From Botryllus schlosseri (Eukaryota): 64,000 bases of DNA. The notes under the pieces were generated by a model. That model made no database searches. It was not told where the DNA came from and was given only the letters and a program-made list of their open reading frames with translations. Each line of letters starts with the position of its first letter. Position 1 is the stretch's first letter. The stretch lies in NCBI GenBank assembly GCA_051294905.1, contig CM119372.1, forward strand, positions 25,174,001 to 25,238,000, given 5' to 3'. Made by a program: the position numbers and the translations under genes. Positions 37,820 through 49,900 of the stretch are shown here, piece by piece.

Positions 37820-40282
37820 GTAAGTCATGATTTGCGGGCGTCGGATCGGATTAATTCAAAATTCTCTCATCTTCTCGCAGATGTTCGTAATTATAGTGAG
37901 GTGGGACGACAAAAGTCAAATAACCGTCTACCGGAAGTGGTCAGAAATCAAAGAATTCCAACGTGAGATTGTGACGGTACGTAATTTAGAGTAATTGATT
38001 CGCTTATTTCGCAGTAACTGATCAATCCGTTAATAAAATTGCCTCTGATTGCGGCAATCCAGTTATTTTGGAAAGAAATTGGAAGTGAATATATCCATCA
38101 AGCCAATTTTTATTGCAGTCATTGAAAGGCCAAAAGCATCTAAGCGAAACACATCATTTCATCAAGAAGACTGCTCAGCGGGTTAAAAAAGTGGCGAAGT
38201 TTCGACACGGAACAATAAAAAAGCTGGATATGATCGACAGCCTCAACAAATTCTTTGAGGTAATAGACCGATTTGGCTATCAGGCTGATTCGACGATCAG
38301 GCAGTGTTCTTATTCCTTTATTTACTGTGTTCCGAATCTTCCATTTTACGCTTTCATTCAGGCTCTGGTTCACTACGAAATAACATCCCACAGCGCTGTA
38401 ATGCGAAGATTTTTCAAACCTACCAACAACGACCTAAATTCGCTTTCATGGAGGTACCGCAACAATTTTCGAAGACTTCCACTTGTTCAGTTGTAATCCT
38501 TGTACGCTCGTTTCAGTGGCGATGGGAGAACGTATTTCTATGTAACTCCAAACGATTTCGGAGAGAAGAACGGTGGCTACGAAGGCTACGATGATGAAGA
38601 TGAAGTTGAGGAAGATGAATCAGTTGACGAAAGCATTGACGCGACGAAGCATATAAACGAGGAAGGCACGGCTATTAAAGTAAGTTACTTTGTTTTGGCA
38701 ATCTCGACAATGAGAATCATGCTATTGTCTTTCGAAGCAAACGCAAGAGGAATTTAAGAACGCCCTCGACAAATACAACGAAGCAGATCCGAGTATCACG
38801 TGGCCAATCAAGTCCAGTATATATGTAGCAATGTGCGATTACGATGCTTCAAAAGAAGACCCAAAAGATAATATCGTTGGTCTCGCTAAGGAGGAAGAAG
38901 TAGAGGTGCTAGAGAAAAATGAAAGTGGTGAGAATATTTTAAAAAGTTCTAATCCATTACTGTGTAAACATATATATAGCTTATAATCAACATTTTATAT
39001 GCGCAGGACTTAAAAGCCACTCACGATCGCTCGATTATTCAACATCATTTTAATTTTGTGTCATAGGATGGTGGCTCGTGACTCGTCCCGGAGTGAAATC
39101 TAAAGCCAAGAATGGGTTGAGCGAATGCGGATATGTCCCGGCAAGTTTCTTGGAAATAAAAGCCCGAAAAGTCGTGCCGATACCCAAAAACGATTCATTT
39201 GAAAGCACAACATCTCTCGGAATCGACGATGACGTGAGTATAGATGACGCATATTATCCACAATCACTTACAAAGAAGGATATGCCCCACTTGTACCAAT
39301 GAATAATAATCATTTCAAATAAGTTGAACTCCCACTTAAACTCACAACCCACTTGTACCATGAATGATCATTTCAAATGAGTATATTATATCCTTTTTAG
39401 GAAGTATCCAGTTTTTCGTTTGGATCAAATATATCCGACGAAGTTATGGAGAATGAGAACAAGAGACATTCTGAATCCAGCGTGGAATCGGTGACGGACG
39501 AGGAAAAGCTTTCGCTACAAAGGCGCGGCAGATTGCTAAGATCAGATACCGTTGAAAGCTTCGGTTCTATGGCGTCGATCGACGACTCCGACTGGACAGC
39601 CAGCCCTTTCACTTCCATGGAATCGATCGCGTCGTCTGTCGACACCCCTACACCTAAGCCCAGAAGAAAGAAAACGATAGCCTTTATTGAAAGGGCGAAC
39701 CAGAGACCTCTGTCGCCGTTGGTTTTCAATCAAAAGTGTGTAACCCCGACACTCGGTCGTCAACGCATGCAGTCTGACATCTCACGCATGGCTAGTCCAC
39801 ATGGATCAATGACGCCTCCGGTGGTGAAAAGAGCTATGACATTCGACACCGCGAAATCCACCTCGATATCAGACTTAACGAGCATTCCTTTCGGTTCCCT
39901 GTCTCTTTCCCGTTCGTCATCGACTCAGTCACTAACAAAGAAGGGGTAAGTGTTTCTATTTTAATAAACATGACCTCTAGTCATGTGAATGCTCTGTATT
40001 CTAGGACCGACTACGCAGCTATTAAATGTTATCGCGCGGTCAATGACGACGAACTGAGCTTCGAGAACGGCTCAATTCTAAAAGTTATTTCGCGAAATTC
40101 AAACGGATGGTGGACTGCTACGTGAGTTGGTTTATACATATTATCACATGGATTAGCATCATTGACGATTTTCTTTCCCTTTCAGTTACGAAGGCAAAAC
40201 AGGATTTGTACCCGCTGTCAATTTGAAGAGGTACAAGGATCCGATTCGCAACATGAGCATGCACATGCTGGACAAATTGTAA
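37598..40282 (+). CDS. PX-SH3-SH3 adaptor of the p47phox (NCF1)/NOXO1/Tks (SH3PXD2) family, 10 coding exons, about 609 aa
   Basis: Exons 37598-37819, 37881-37976, 38119-38259, 38362-38453, 38517-38679, 38738-38927, 39067-39233, 39401-39945, 40005-40121 and 40186-40282 have GT-AG introns and consistent phases (1830 nt). PX: FVQALKVLGVHK..KVHY|MFVIIVRWDD..VYRKWSEI.EFQ...FFKP..NDL. SH3A: ITWPI..IYVAMCDY...EVEVLEKNESGWWLV...GYVPASFLE. SH3B: YAAIKCY.A..DDELSFENG..LKVI.RNSNGWW..YEGKTGFVPAVNL. The start codon is uncertain (alternative in-frame ATG at 37484). Confidence 0.88.
37881..37976 (+). CDS. PX-SH3 gene exon 2 (PX core)
   Basis: CTCGCAG|MFVIIVRWDDKSQITVYRKWSEIKEFQREIVT|GTACGT. Confidence 0.8.
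38119..38259 (+). CDS. PX-SH3 gene exon 3
   Basis: TTGCAG|SLKGQKH...LNKFFE|GTAATA. Confidence 0.78.
38362..38453 (+). CDS. PX-SH3 gene exon 4 (PX end)
   Basis: TTCAG|ALVHYEITSHSAVMRRFFKPTNNDL...; phase-2 GTACCG donor. Confidence 0.75.
38517..38679 (+). CDS. PX-SH3 gene exon 5 (acidic linker)
   Basis: TTTCAG acceptor; GDGRTYFY...DDEDEVEEDE...AIK|GTAAGT. Confidence 0.78.
38738..38927 (+). CDS. PX-SH3 gene exon 6 (first half of SH3A)
   Basis: CTTTCGAAG acceptor; ...ITWPIKSSIYVAMCDYDA...EVLEKNES G|GTGAGA. Confidence 0.8.
39067..39233 (+). CDS. PX-SH3 gene exon 7 (second half of SH3A)
   Basis: TCATAG|GWWLV...GYVPASFLE...DDD|GTGAGT. Confidence 0.85.
39401..39945 (+). CDS. PX-SH3 gene exon 8 (Ser/Arg/Pro-rich inter-SH3 region)
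   Basis: TTTTTAG acceptor, 545-nt open exon, GTAAGT donor. Confidence 0.85.
40005..40121 (+). CDS. PX-SH3 gene exon 9 (SH3B)
   Basis: TTCTAG acceptor; TDYAAIKCYRAVNDDELSFENG...NGWWTA; GTGAGT donor. Confidence 0.87.
40186..40282 (+). CDS. PX-SH3 gene exon 10 (end of SH3B, stop)
   Basis: TTTCAG acceptor; YEGKTGFVPAVNLKRY...DKL*. Confidence 0.85.
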
Positions 40283-40505
40283 ATCCAGATGCTTTAGTGT
40301 ACTGACGCATATGCGATAACCTACCGTTTCTGCAGATATCTTCAAACGTAAATTATTTGCATTTCATTTCTCTTTTCGTGGAAATTTTCTTAGTAATATA
40401 TTTCTCAAGACGATAAATACAAGCGTGTTTATTTGAGCAAGAAACCAGGTGTCATAAGCTTTGAGGTCTTATAATACTGAAGAAACAGAGGATGATACGG
40501 CCAAG

Positions 40506-40640
40506 TAGATGGATAGATGGATTCATTTATTTGTCACGCCAGTGAAAATCCGGTACGTACCAGGATGACGACGAGGGGCCGTAAGGCCTTAGTACACAGT
40601 CGAACACAACCTATAGATGATGTGTAGGCCTAATGGTTAT
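40506..40640 (-). mobile_element. Probable 3' end of a LINE-type retroposon
   Basis: Minus strand: GGCC-TTAC-GGCC stem-loop, then AATAAA and an ATCCATCT tandem tail. Confidence 0.45.
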
Positions 40641-40817
40641 CAGCATTTCATAATTTCCAATATTATTAAACTGATACAGTTCTGTGTCGCAGGCATGCTT
40701 TCTGAGGTCGAAGGGGGGCAAAGTTAGTGTATTATACTCAGCATTTTCAAGTAATCGTGATCGCAATCGATTACATTCCGAGTTAATATACCAGGTAGGA
40801 TTATTCATAGCGGAAAC

Positions 40818-41050
40818 ATCGTGGCGAGATAGCGTAGTGGTATACTTCACAGTTGCAACACCAGTGGGTTGCGGGTTCAAGTCCGACCGAGGTCGACTCC
40901 GGAATTCCTACCTAAGTGTTGGAGGTTTATCTAGGCTCCTCCTCGCCATCTCATCCGCATAAGCGGTGTCTTTTAAAAGCCTAGAAGTGGGCCGTGCTAT
41001 AAGTATAGGCAGCTACTGAATAAAAATGAAGAAAACTGGCATGGTGTAAT
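40818..41050 (+). mobile_element. tRNA-derived SINE (3' truncated)
   Basis: A box TAGCGTAGTGG, B box GGTTCAAGTCC, same body as 35592-35867; lies inside a GTAATC-array element whose right end is near 41353. Confidence 0.85.
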
Positions 41051-44000
41051 TTATCAACGAATATATTGTGCCGTAACTAGAAAAATGACATCACATTTAC
41101 AAAGAATATTGTTCAATCTCGAGGCATTCTCATGGCAATCGTTATATTGTCTTCAAATATGTGTTCAAGGTTCGTGGTGGTTCAAGGTTCGTAGACGCAA
41201 AATGCATGTAATCGTTAGTAATCGTGATTACTTTTCCATGTAATCGTAATCGTAATCGACTACTTCGAGACTTTGCTGTAATCGTGATCGTGATCGCGTG
41301 ATTACGAAGTAATCGTAATCGAATACATTGATGAAGTGATCACCCCGTGTCTGGTCTTACCTAAACGTAATAGTCTTTGCCGACTCCCACGATCTCGGAG
41401 TCTGACTTAGCTCTCAGCCATTCCCGTTGTACAATATGGCGTTTTCAAGCCCTGGGGCGTGTTTGACAAAACTCTTTGGTAGCCTCTGTGAGCATACTGA
41501 CAATTGCTAAAGATATCGGTATCTTGTTTGGTGCTGTACGACACGTCAGATCCTATCGTTATTTCACTATGAATCGATTTACAATTTAACCATTTCAATA
41601 TAAAAGCAATTCCACAACGATATATCGCAAGCGTTTCAATTCAATAGGTGTGTGCTGACATCATTAAAGTACTAATGATGCAATGTATATGACGTAATTA
41701 GCTTTAAATGGAATTTCATCATTCTGAAAGTGATTCAATAATGACACAAGCTACAGTAATAAGCTACAAAAAGCTTAATTCTGCAATTAATAATAGTATA
41801 GTTCTTTCGGAACATATTAACAACGATGTGATTGTTGAACGGATTTTTAAACACAGGCCTATTAGCAACACCCTACTAATCGTCTTTTCCGCTAGAATTA
41901 TAATCCTAAACGCATAAATCGCACGCAATGTCGTTATTATACGATCGCGTGCTGGTGTAGAATCAAGTTGCAATATGAATGATATCGATCTGATGCAGAG
42001 CAGGATTTGTTTCGACGCATCGTTCAGTTAGATTCGACCCTTGACAAAATTTGTCTTCTTATTTTTGCTAAGCGGGTGTCGTTGTATGGTGAGGTCACGT
42101 TTGCTTTGCAACCAGCACCATGTTGACCTTTGCACATAGCCCCTATTAACTTTTCCATTTCATTGAATGGCTGCATTGGAATGAATACCAAACAATGGAC
42201 TACGATTATTTTGTAGTTTCCGACATGGGGGTTGACCTGCTAAAATTACTCCAGTTTATCCTGATACAATAATGTCCGAATTAGTGCCGAGCGGATTGAC
42301 AAATTCTCTGGTCCTACTCCGAACCTGTTTTTTAAAGTTCTGGTCGGACTCCGGTCCGACTCCTAGGCCGGATTCTAGAAATGACCGTGATCCGGTCTGA
42401 AAAACTCCATAATAATTATCAACTCACAGGATGGTATTGAATATTGATCGAAACAATCCAAACAGGAAATTGAACACTCAAAGATCAAACCTTATCTAAA
42501 GTAATTATGCCAACTTGCAGGAGCATGTGGTGAATTTCCATGAACGTTTCACTTTAACTATTGATTTGAGGGTGGAAGAGGGTAAGGCTGTCATATTCTT
42601 AGTAAAGAGTGCTGATCCGGCTCCGATCCGACTCCAGTCGTATCAGAAAAAGTACTGATCCATTTCCGGCCAAAAATGAACGGGAAAGATATTTAGTATC
42701 ACTAGTATACTCACTGACATTTTTCAATTCCTATACGACCCAGATAGCTTATAGGTGCTACCAAGTCTTTCCAGTTGACAATACCGAGGTGCTCCTTATA
42801 TGTTGAAGTATCGGCGTAATCGTCGCGCGACCTCGTGGTGGTACATTTCAACTTTAATTTAGGGAAATACAATCTTCTTCCGCATAGTTATGGTACGCTG
42901 TGATGTATGTGAATTTGGGTCGATTTTACTAGAAGTCAGTCCGATGCTATAAATTTTGAGATTTCGTAGTATCGAATAGGAGATGATAATCACCACTAAA
43001 ATGACTCGACGCGTCCATCCCCAATCCAGAAGATTTGATTTATCATCACATACCGGAGCTTGACAGATTGCAATATTGAGGTCTCCCATTTCCATAAATC
43101 ATGCGTATTTTGTTGGGTGACGGGGCCCCCAACATCAAGATACATTAAAACATTAAATCGCGCCCGGCGCGAAAAATTTTCGAAAAAGTCGCATGAATTT
43201 CTAAAAAATTACTCTATCATTCATATTAATTCACGAAATAATTTTGGGCTTCCTTCGGCTTCGGGGCCCCCCACCCTCAATTGGGGGGTTTGGGGTGCGG
43301 TAGTTACGGTCACGACTCCAATAAAGCCGTTTTAACGCGCCAACGCCCCCTATCGCCCCCTTCGTCCGTTTTCGCCCCCTATCGCCCCCTTCGTTATTTT
43401 CGCCCCCCTAGACCGCCAAATCGCCCCCTGGGGGGCGATATCGCCCACGTTGGGAACCACTGGTTTAGTACATTTATGCTATTATGTATTTTTTGATATA
43501 GCGGAGGACATGAAATAACATCATGTAACGAAGTCATACCAACGGATCCGTCCGCCTGAAGATGTTTAATTAGCCTATTATTTACGAGTCCTACAGTTTC
43601 CAAGACACCTCACTCAGCTCTACCGGTAAATCTGATAACGCGAGCAGAGAGGACACGAAATTGATAGCAATATATATGCAATTCCCGATCTTATTGACCG
43701 ATTTCATTATAAATTTTTGACAATTTTCGCGACTGGCGCGTGCTCACTAAATAGTGCAACTAATTTCGCGGTAAAAGCGAATAACGGAATGGGGGAGGGT
43801 CGGTTTATCACCCTATGGGAGCCCAAGACCCTAGTTTTTTGCGGGGCCTGACGAAGTGCTGTTTCGTTCCCGCCAACAGGTATACCCCCGAAGATATTTA
43901 ATTTATTGAGTGGTCCTAACTTTTCAAACACACCTCACTCCGCTCTACCGGTAAATCTGATTACGTGAGCAGAGAAAGGATAAAAATTGATAGCAATATA

Positions 44001-44499
44001 TATGCAATTCTCAATCATATTGACCGATTCAATCTTGAATTATAAAAAATTTTCGCGCTTCGCGCGGTTGGTCGAGATAAGCTTACTCATTAAACGGAGA
44101 CCCAGTATAGATGATAAGTAGCGGTAGACAACGTATAAGCTGGGGGGGGGTCCGGTTTATCACCCGGTGGGGGGCCCAAGACCAACGTTTTTTTTTGGGG
44201 GGGGGGCTGACGAAGTGCTGTTACGGCCGTGATGGCAACCATTGGCATTCTTTTGCCCCTTAATGTTTCGTTAGTTACATCTTGGGTCTCTTTATCCATG
44301 TTAATATTGCCAATTAAAAGTGGCGAGTAAAGTAGTGGTATGCGCTCCACAGCAGCTGTAACACCACTGCCTTCTTCGGCGATTGGACATTTCTATGACG
44401 CAGTTATCATTATATTTTAGTTGTTATTGATCTGTTCTAATATTCGAAGGTAAATCGAACGCTGATTCAATTTGACTTTGATAATGACATGATCAATAG

Positions 44500-45834
44500 C
44501 AGACCTGGGCAAAGTGCGGCCCGCGAAAGGTTGCATGGAATTCAAAACAAAACTGGCGTTTTGAAGGACTAAAACCATAGCTGTATCAGATGAAAAGGAA
44601 ATTAGTTTACTTTGTAGCCTGTTCATTAATATGCCACGATTACGCTGCCTACGTAGTACGTACCTCGCCTGCGTAATCCAGATTCAAAATAAAGGCAATG
44701 TGGCAAAGTATGAGTAGCAATTGAAGTCACAAGAAATTACTCTTTCATAGTTTACTTTAGTTCAAACCTTCCTTGTTGCCATTGTCGCATTACGCATTAT
44801 ACGGTACGTGTTTCAATCTGTGACGTGGCGTGATACGTTTCCAAATCCGTAATTCGTAAAACTAGTCAATCAGTGCTCGCGATTACTATATGACTCATCA
44901 TATCTATCACACATAAAGGATTAACGGGCATGCCAAAAAAAAGAAAGCCGAAAACTGAAATTCAAAGAAGGTTCAGATTTAGAATTTAGAGCACTAAATA
45001 TTCGTATACTAGAGTCGGGGGTAATCCCGTCCTTTCTGCTTTTTTCCGAGCATTTCGCCGAGATTAAAGATCTCAATTAAAGTCGGTCTTATGAGAAAAC
45101 ATGAAACACTCGGTCAAGGGAGGTCGAAGTTCAAAAAACCTGCAAGCATCGCTCAACATTAAGGCTATTTAAGCTGCACACTGCTCGGAAGGCAGCGACC
45201 AAGAAAATAAGCTTTTTACCATTGCATACATATTTCAGTGCCATGGTTCTCGAACGGGGGGACGTGAAAGCATCAGAAGGGTGGCGCGCAGCCGAAGTTT
45301 ATTTGAAAAAAATTTTCGCGCTCGGCGCGATTTACCCCCTCTCTATAGTCATTGCTCTGTGTGTTGTCCGTCTTTTATATTTCAGAATTCTCTAATCAAC
45401 AGTCATACTCTTCCATGTCATCAAACTATCTGCTGGGATTGCTAGCATTCTGGTCGCACTTTTTGATATTTTGTGATATGATGATAAGGGGGCGCGAAAT
45501 TGTTCACTATCATAAAGGGAGGCGTGCCTAGAAAGTTTGACAACCACTGTTTTAGAGTCTTAATAGAAGAACGCGGATAAGGGTTTAAAGAGAGGTCAAA
45601 TGTGTAATGTTTAACATTGTTTCGAATCATGCCGGCAAATAGATATTTTTTAATCAACAGTCACTTTCTCATTACCGAATATCAACACATTCACTGGGCA
45701 GCATTTATTAACAATGTAACTCAAAAATAAAATTAAAATAAGCTGCATAATTTAGCTAAATTTTTTCACTCGGCCCGCCAACGTATTTCTCACTTCTTAT
45801 TTGGCCCGCGGAGGAAAATAATTGCCCACCCCTG
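44500..45834 (+). mobile_element. Internally deleted hAT (SPIN/Buster-like) element with transposase relic
   Basis: CAGACCTGGGCAA / TTGCCCACCCCTG; perfect TSD ATCAATAG; broken N-terminal transposase-like peptide at about 44930-45230; nested MITE at 45241-45549. Confidence 0.85.
45241..45549. mobile_element. hAT MITE of the 15021-15341 family
   Basis: Collinear with 15021-15341; TSD TTTCAGTG/TTTTAGAG (6/8). Confidence 0.8.
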
Positions 45835-46519
45835 ATCAATAGCCTAGTTATCAGGGATAGGCCTATGCCCGAAACCCAGATTAGGCTGTAGCCTACTCTG
45901 CCCATAATTGTGACACGTCAAATGTCCGCTATTAGCTGCAAAATTATAACGCGACAGCTTTTGCGATGTCATGATGAATTTGTACTCTCGCATGGTGTCT
46001 ATAACTCGTTATTTTGACAAACTATGCCAATAAGTAGGCCTATGACAACAATTTTATTCAAATATTTAAAAATGTGATTTTTTTTCGTGCCAGGCGTGAA
46101 TTCACAATAGTAGATCACATTCTCACGATGTGTGTGTAATTCCAGTCTGCATGGTCCCGTCAAATAAGACCTAGTTGGAAATACATTGAATAGCTGCTGC
46201 GGCACGCGGCTCCATCAAAAACTAGTAAATTGGCCCGCGAGCACGTTTGAGTTTCAGACCTCTGGTCTATACTTACACACTACACGTGATGAAACCTGCA
46301 CGTTCAGATATTGACGTATTTCCGACCATAGCGGTAGTGAAATTACAACTTTGTTAGCACTGGCACATGTATCTATAAATAGTGTCTGCTATGGTTTATC
46401 GTGACCTTCACAGTTTAAAGTCAAAGACCAATTGTAGCAACAAGTTGCCGACCACAATATAATTATATAACTTTCTAAGCTTCTATAGTCACCACGCTAT
46501 CCATATGATAAGTACTAGG

Positions 46520-46925
46520 TAGGAGAGCGGGGCAATGACCGAAGCCGGACTGGATATCTGGCCGGATCTTTTCATTTTTTTACCGGAGCCGGGGGAATTA
46601 GCCGGAGTCGTACTTTTTGATACGGCCAGAGTCGCCATTGAGGGTATTACTGAGCAGGTATCACGACTGTTGCAACTATCAACCACACGCCAGTAGCCAT
46701 CAATACAAACGAATGTTAAATACAGACCCGCGAGTTTTTACTGTCAATTTTCTTTAGTTGCAATATTCAATACCCGAGCCTGTACCCTATTATGATCTAC
46801 TGTTTTTGTAGATTGCTAGAAAGGTGCTCGTAGATGATTATCAGAGTTTTTCGCATCGGATCTCGGTCATTTCCAGAATTCGGCTCAGGAGTCGGACCAG
46901 ATAATTTGTCGATCCGACCGAAACT
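46520..46925. repeat. Degenerate element with CCGGA motifs; inverted copy at about 42280-42680
   Basis: GGAGTCGGACCAGATAATTTGTCGATCCG is the reverse-complement match of CGGATTGACAAATTCTCTGGTCCTACTCC. Confidence 0.55.
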
Positions 46926-49900
46926 GCAATAGATAGCGTTGGACATGGTCGATTACTCATGTTTGAAAACCACACAGCTCCGGACATATATGCGGAAAAA
47001 AAGGTAAGCAAAATTATATTAAAGTAAGTTATATAAAAGAGAAAAATTATAAGACATATCGAGAAAGAAACCGAAGATAAACGTTCGATCTTAGCAGGTC
47101 ACACTGAATTTCTAGCAGCAATTATAAACAATTATAAAATTAAAATATCCAAAAGAGCATGGAGAAGCAACGTTGACATAAATTATTATGTTAGGCTTAT
47201 GTAAAAACTTTAATAACAAACTGACTATTATAGTCTGGTATAGTACTTATTATTATCAAAACACTTTCATCTGAGCCTAAATTTTAATACCTTGTGCAAA
47301 AGACTCCAATTCCTAGTCGCGGAACCCCGAAAGAAAAGCTGAAGCCCATGGACCTCGAAATTATTGAAATTGATCCTGACCTAATAATCTTGCAGCTCCA
47401 CGCATTAAACAGCAGTATTCACATAATAAAGAGAAATCTAAAAGCACTTAGCCTAATCAGGCGATGTGCTTGAAAAATTCAAGTTGAATAAATCTGCGCA
47501 GAAATGTTCTACCTAAAGTTGATTTAAGTTTGTCGCCCCGGCGGTTACCGATCCCCTGTGTCAGTTTACGAATCATTACGCTATGACATCGATGTTCCCG
47601 ACGCCGATGTTGCCGATGATGGAATTCGTTTACAGTACAATTACAATATACATGCACAATTCAAATACCATGGTTACAAATGCATGTTATTCCTATATAC
47701 GTTGGACTTGCAGTAGAAAATATTCGAAAAAACTCAACATCGCCCTATCTTTTGCTTGGTTATGTCAAAGTTTTCTCCTTAGTTTCGTTGATGCATATAC
47801 CTCTCGTTTTCACAGGTCTTATTCTTATCTATTAACGGATGTTTGATTTAGACTTCGCTATGAGTTGTTTTGACCATTTCCTGTCGTTTCGCCAGTATCG
47901 TAATCTAAGATCTTTTCAAATGATAAAAAATATTAAACCTAATGAATATGGACAGCAAATATGACCTTGACTGCCGACCAGATCAAAGTTATTGCAGGTG
48001 TTGACGAGTATAGATGAAACTAAATACTACACGATGTATTATACTGTAGCATCTGTAATGGATGTGGTAAATATAACGCAACAGAAAATAACTTTCAATT
48101 CGGGTCACACAATTAATCTTACTCGTGTATACTTGTTTCCTATGAATGATTAGTTCAGATATTTTCATTGTTTTATGGAATAATTATATGGAGGTCAAGA
48201 ACATCAGAATATAATCGATTCTTCACTATTATCATTTCATCATCAGTAACCAGCAAATATAATTTCCTTTAGTTTCAAGATTACACGTTTTGAACTACAA
48301 CGGAGTGATAAACGTTTGATAATAACTATGGTATTGTACCAAGTACTGACTTGTGACATAGTCGGTACCGGAAATACTCAAGTGCAAAAAGCTAATTAAT
48401 TAATTAATTAATAAAAACAAATTGGTGACGCTTTTCGTTACCGGGCATTTTGCGTCAAGCAGAATTAAGCTCAAAGTAAATATACCTATCGAGTAGTTAT
48501 GGGTTGAGCGATGATATGGCGCATTGGAAAACAAGCTCTGCAAATGTAATTTAGGCTAATCATAGCGTAATGTAACTCCATATAAACAAACTGGATATAT
48601 ATAGGCATACATAGGCGGCGATATTGACTTTATAAATTCATATCAATTTATATTTTTATACCCATCGAGTTAACATATACTTTATTACTTTGTCTTTCAT
48701 ATTTTAATAAATTATGAATTGATTATTATAATTTGCTATTAAATGTGGTTAATTCCAAGGCAGAGAAAAGATACTTGAAGTATATAGCTAGAATGTTAAA
48801 GGAAATGTTAAAAACATCCAAAATTCACCCTGAAAGCGACAAAGGAACAGCAAGTTTTTATCAATAGGTCTTCAAAACATGCATCTTATCAGCGACAAAC
48901 TCCGGATGGCGATCGGTATTACGAATATGGCCAATTGCAAACGGTATGCAATGAGTGTCCTACAAAGTAAACCAAATATTATAGGAATTATAGCGATTTC
49001 ACAGAACACTACAAAATAATTCCAATATCCCTAAACGCACTATAAATTTATATTTTAAATGTAAAAAGGTAAAATCATTTTGCCCCCCCCCCAAACTATG
49101 GAAAGTGAAAGTGGTCACATTATTAAACCACGCGGGCGGAGAGTGCTACTGTACATAATCGTTTTATTCCCAGGATAGAATAAAATTGCTAGTATGAAGT
49201 TGCAGTCATATTTCGGAAATTGATTGAGTTCTTACTCCTCGTGTTCCTACATCTTCTTTTGTTTATCTTGAGCGATATTGATTCAGCGGAATTTCTATAT
49301 ACGCGGCTGGATGTGATCATATACTGGTATAACACATTTTTTGGATAGTAAACATAAGAAACACTAAAATACTTCGTTAAACGAGAAAGGACCATCATAT
49401 CGTTTATCGCATTATCGTGATGTCAGCAGAAAATTTGATTCGCATAATCTATGTGTTTATTTTGCTATCCCGCGCTGCGGCAAGTGTATAGCCCAGGGTT
49501 TCCGGACATATTATTGGTAATAAGTTGAATAAATGACACAAATAGTCTACTGGTGTAATAATAGCGAGTTCCGAGCCATGCTGAAAATACGGGAATCAGG
49601 GATCTGTATCCTTAACTTGAAGTAGAAGTGAAAGACGAAGGATTGAATGAGTTCTCAACTAAATAATAAGAAACATTAGCTCCAAAAGCTATTGAATTAG
49701 ATCCCAATGAAACTGGCCGGGACATTAAAACCCATTCAGTAACAAAGCCCACGGACAGGGTTACCAACACCATATGTGAAAATCTCCAACCCCCCAAAAT
49801 ACTTACATGTGATTTTTTTCTTTCAATACGCGGTTGAGTGCTGATGCGCAGTTCAGTTTGTGCACCAGTGATCCATGTGTTAAATGTGTATTGCGGTAGA

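Noticed and set aside
39397..39763. Antisense ORFs over exon 8
   Set aside because: Shadow frames of a Ser-rich coding exon with no independent features.
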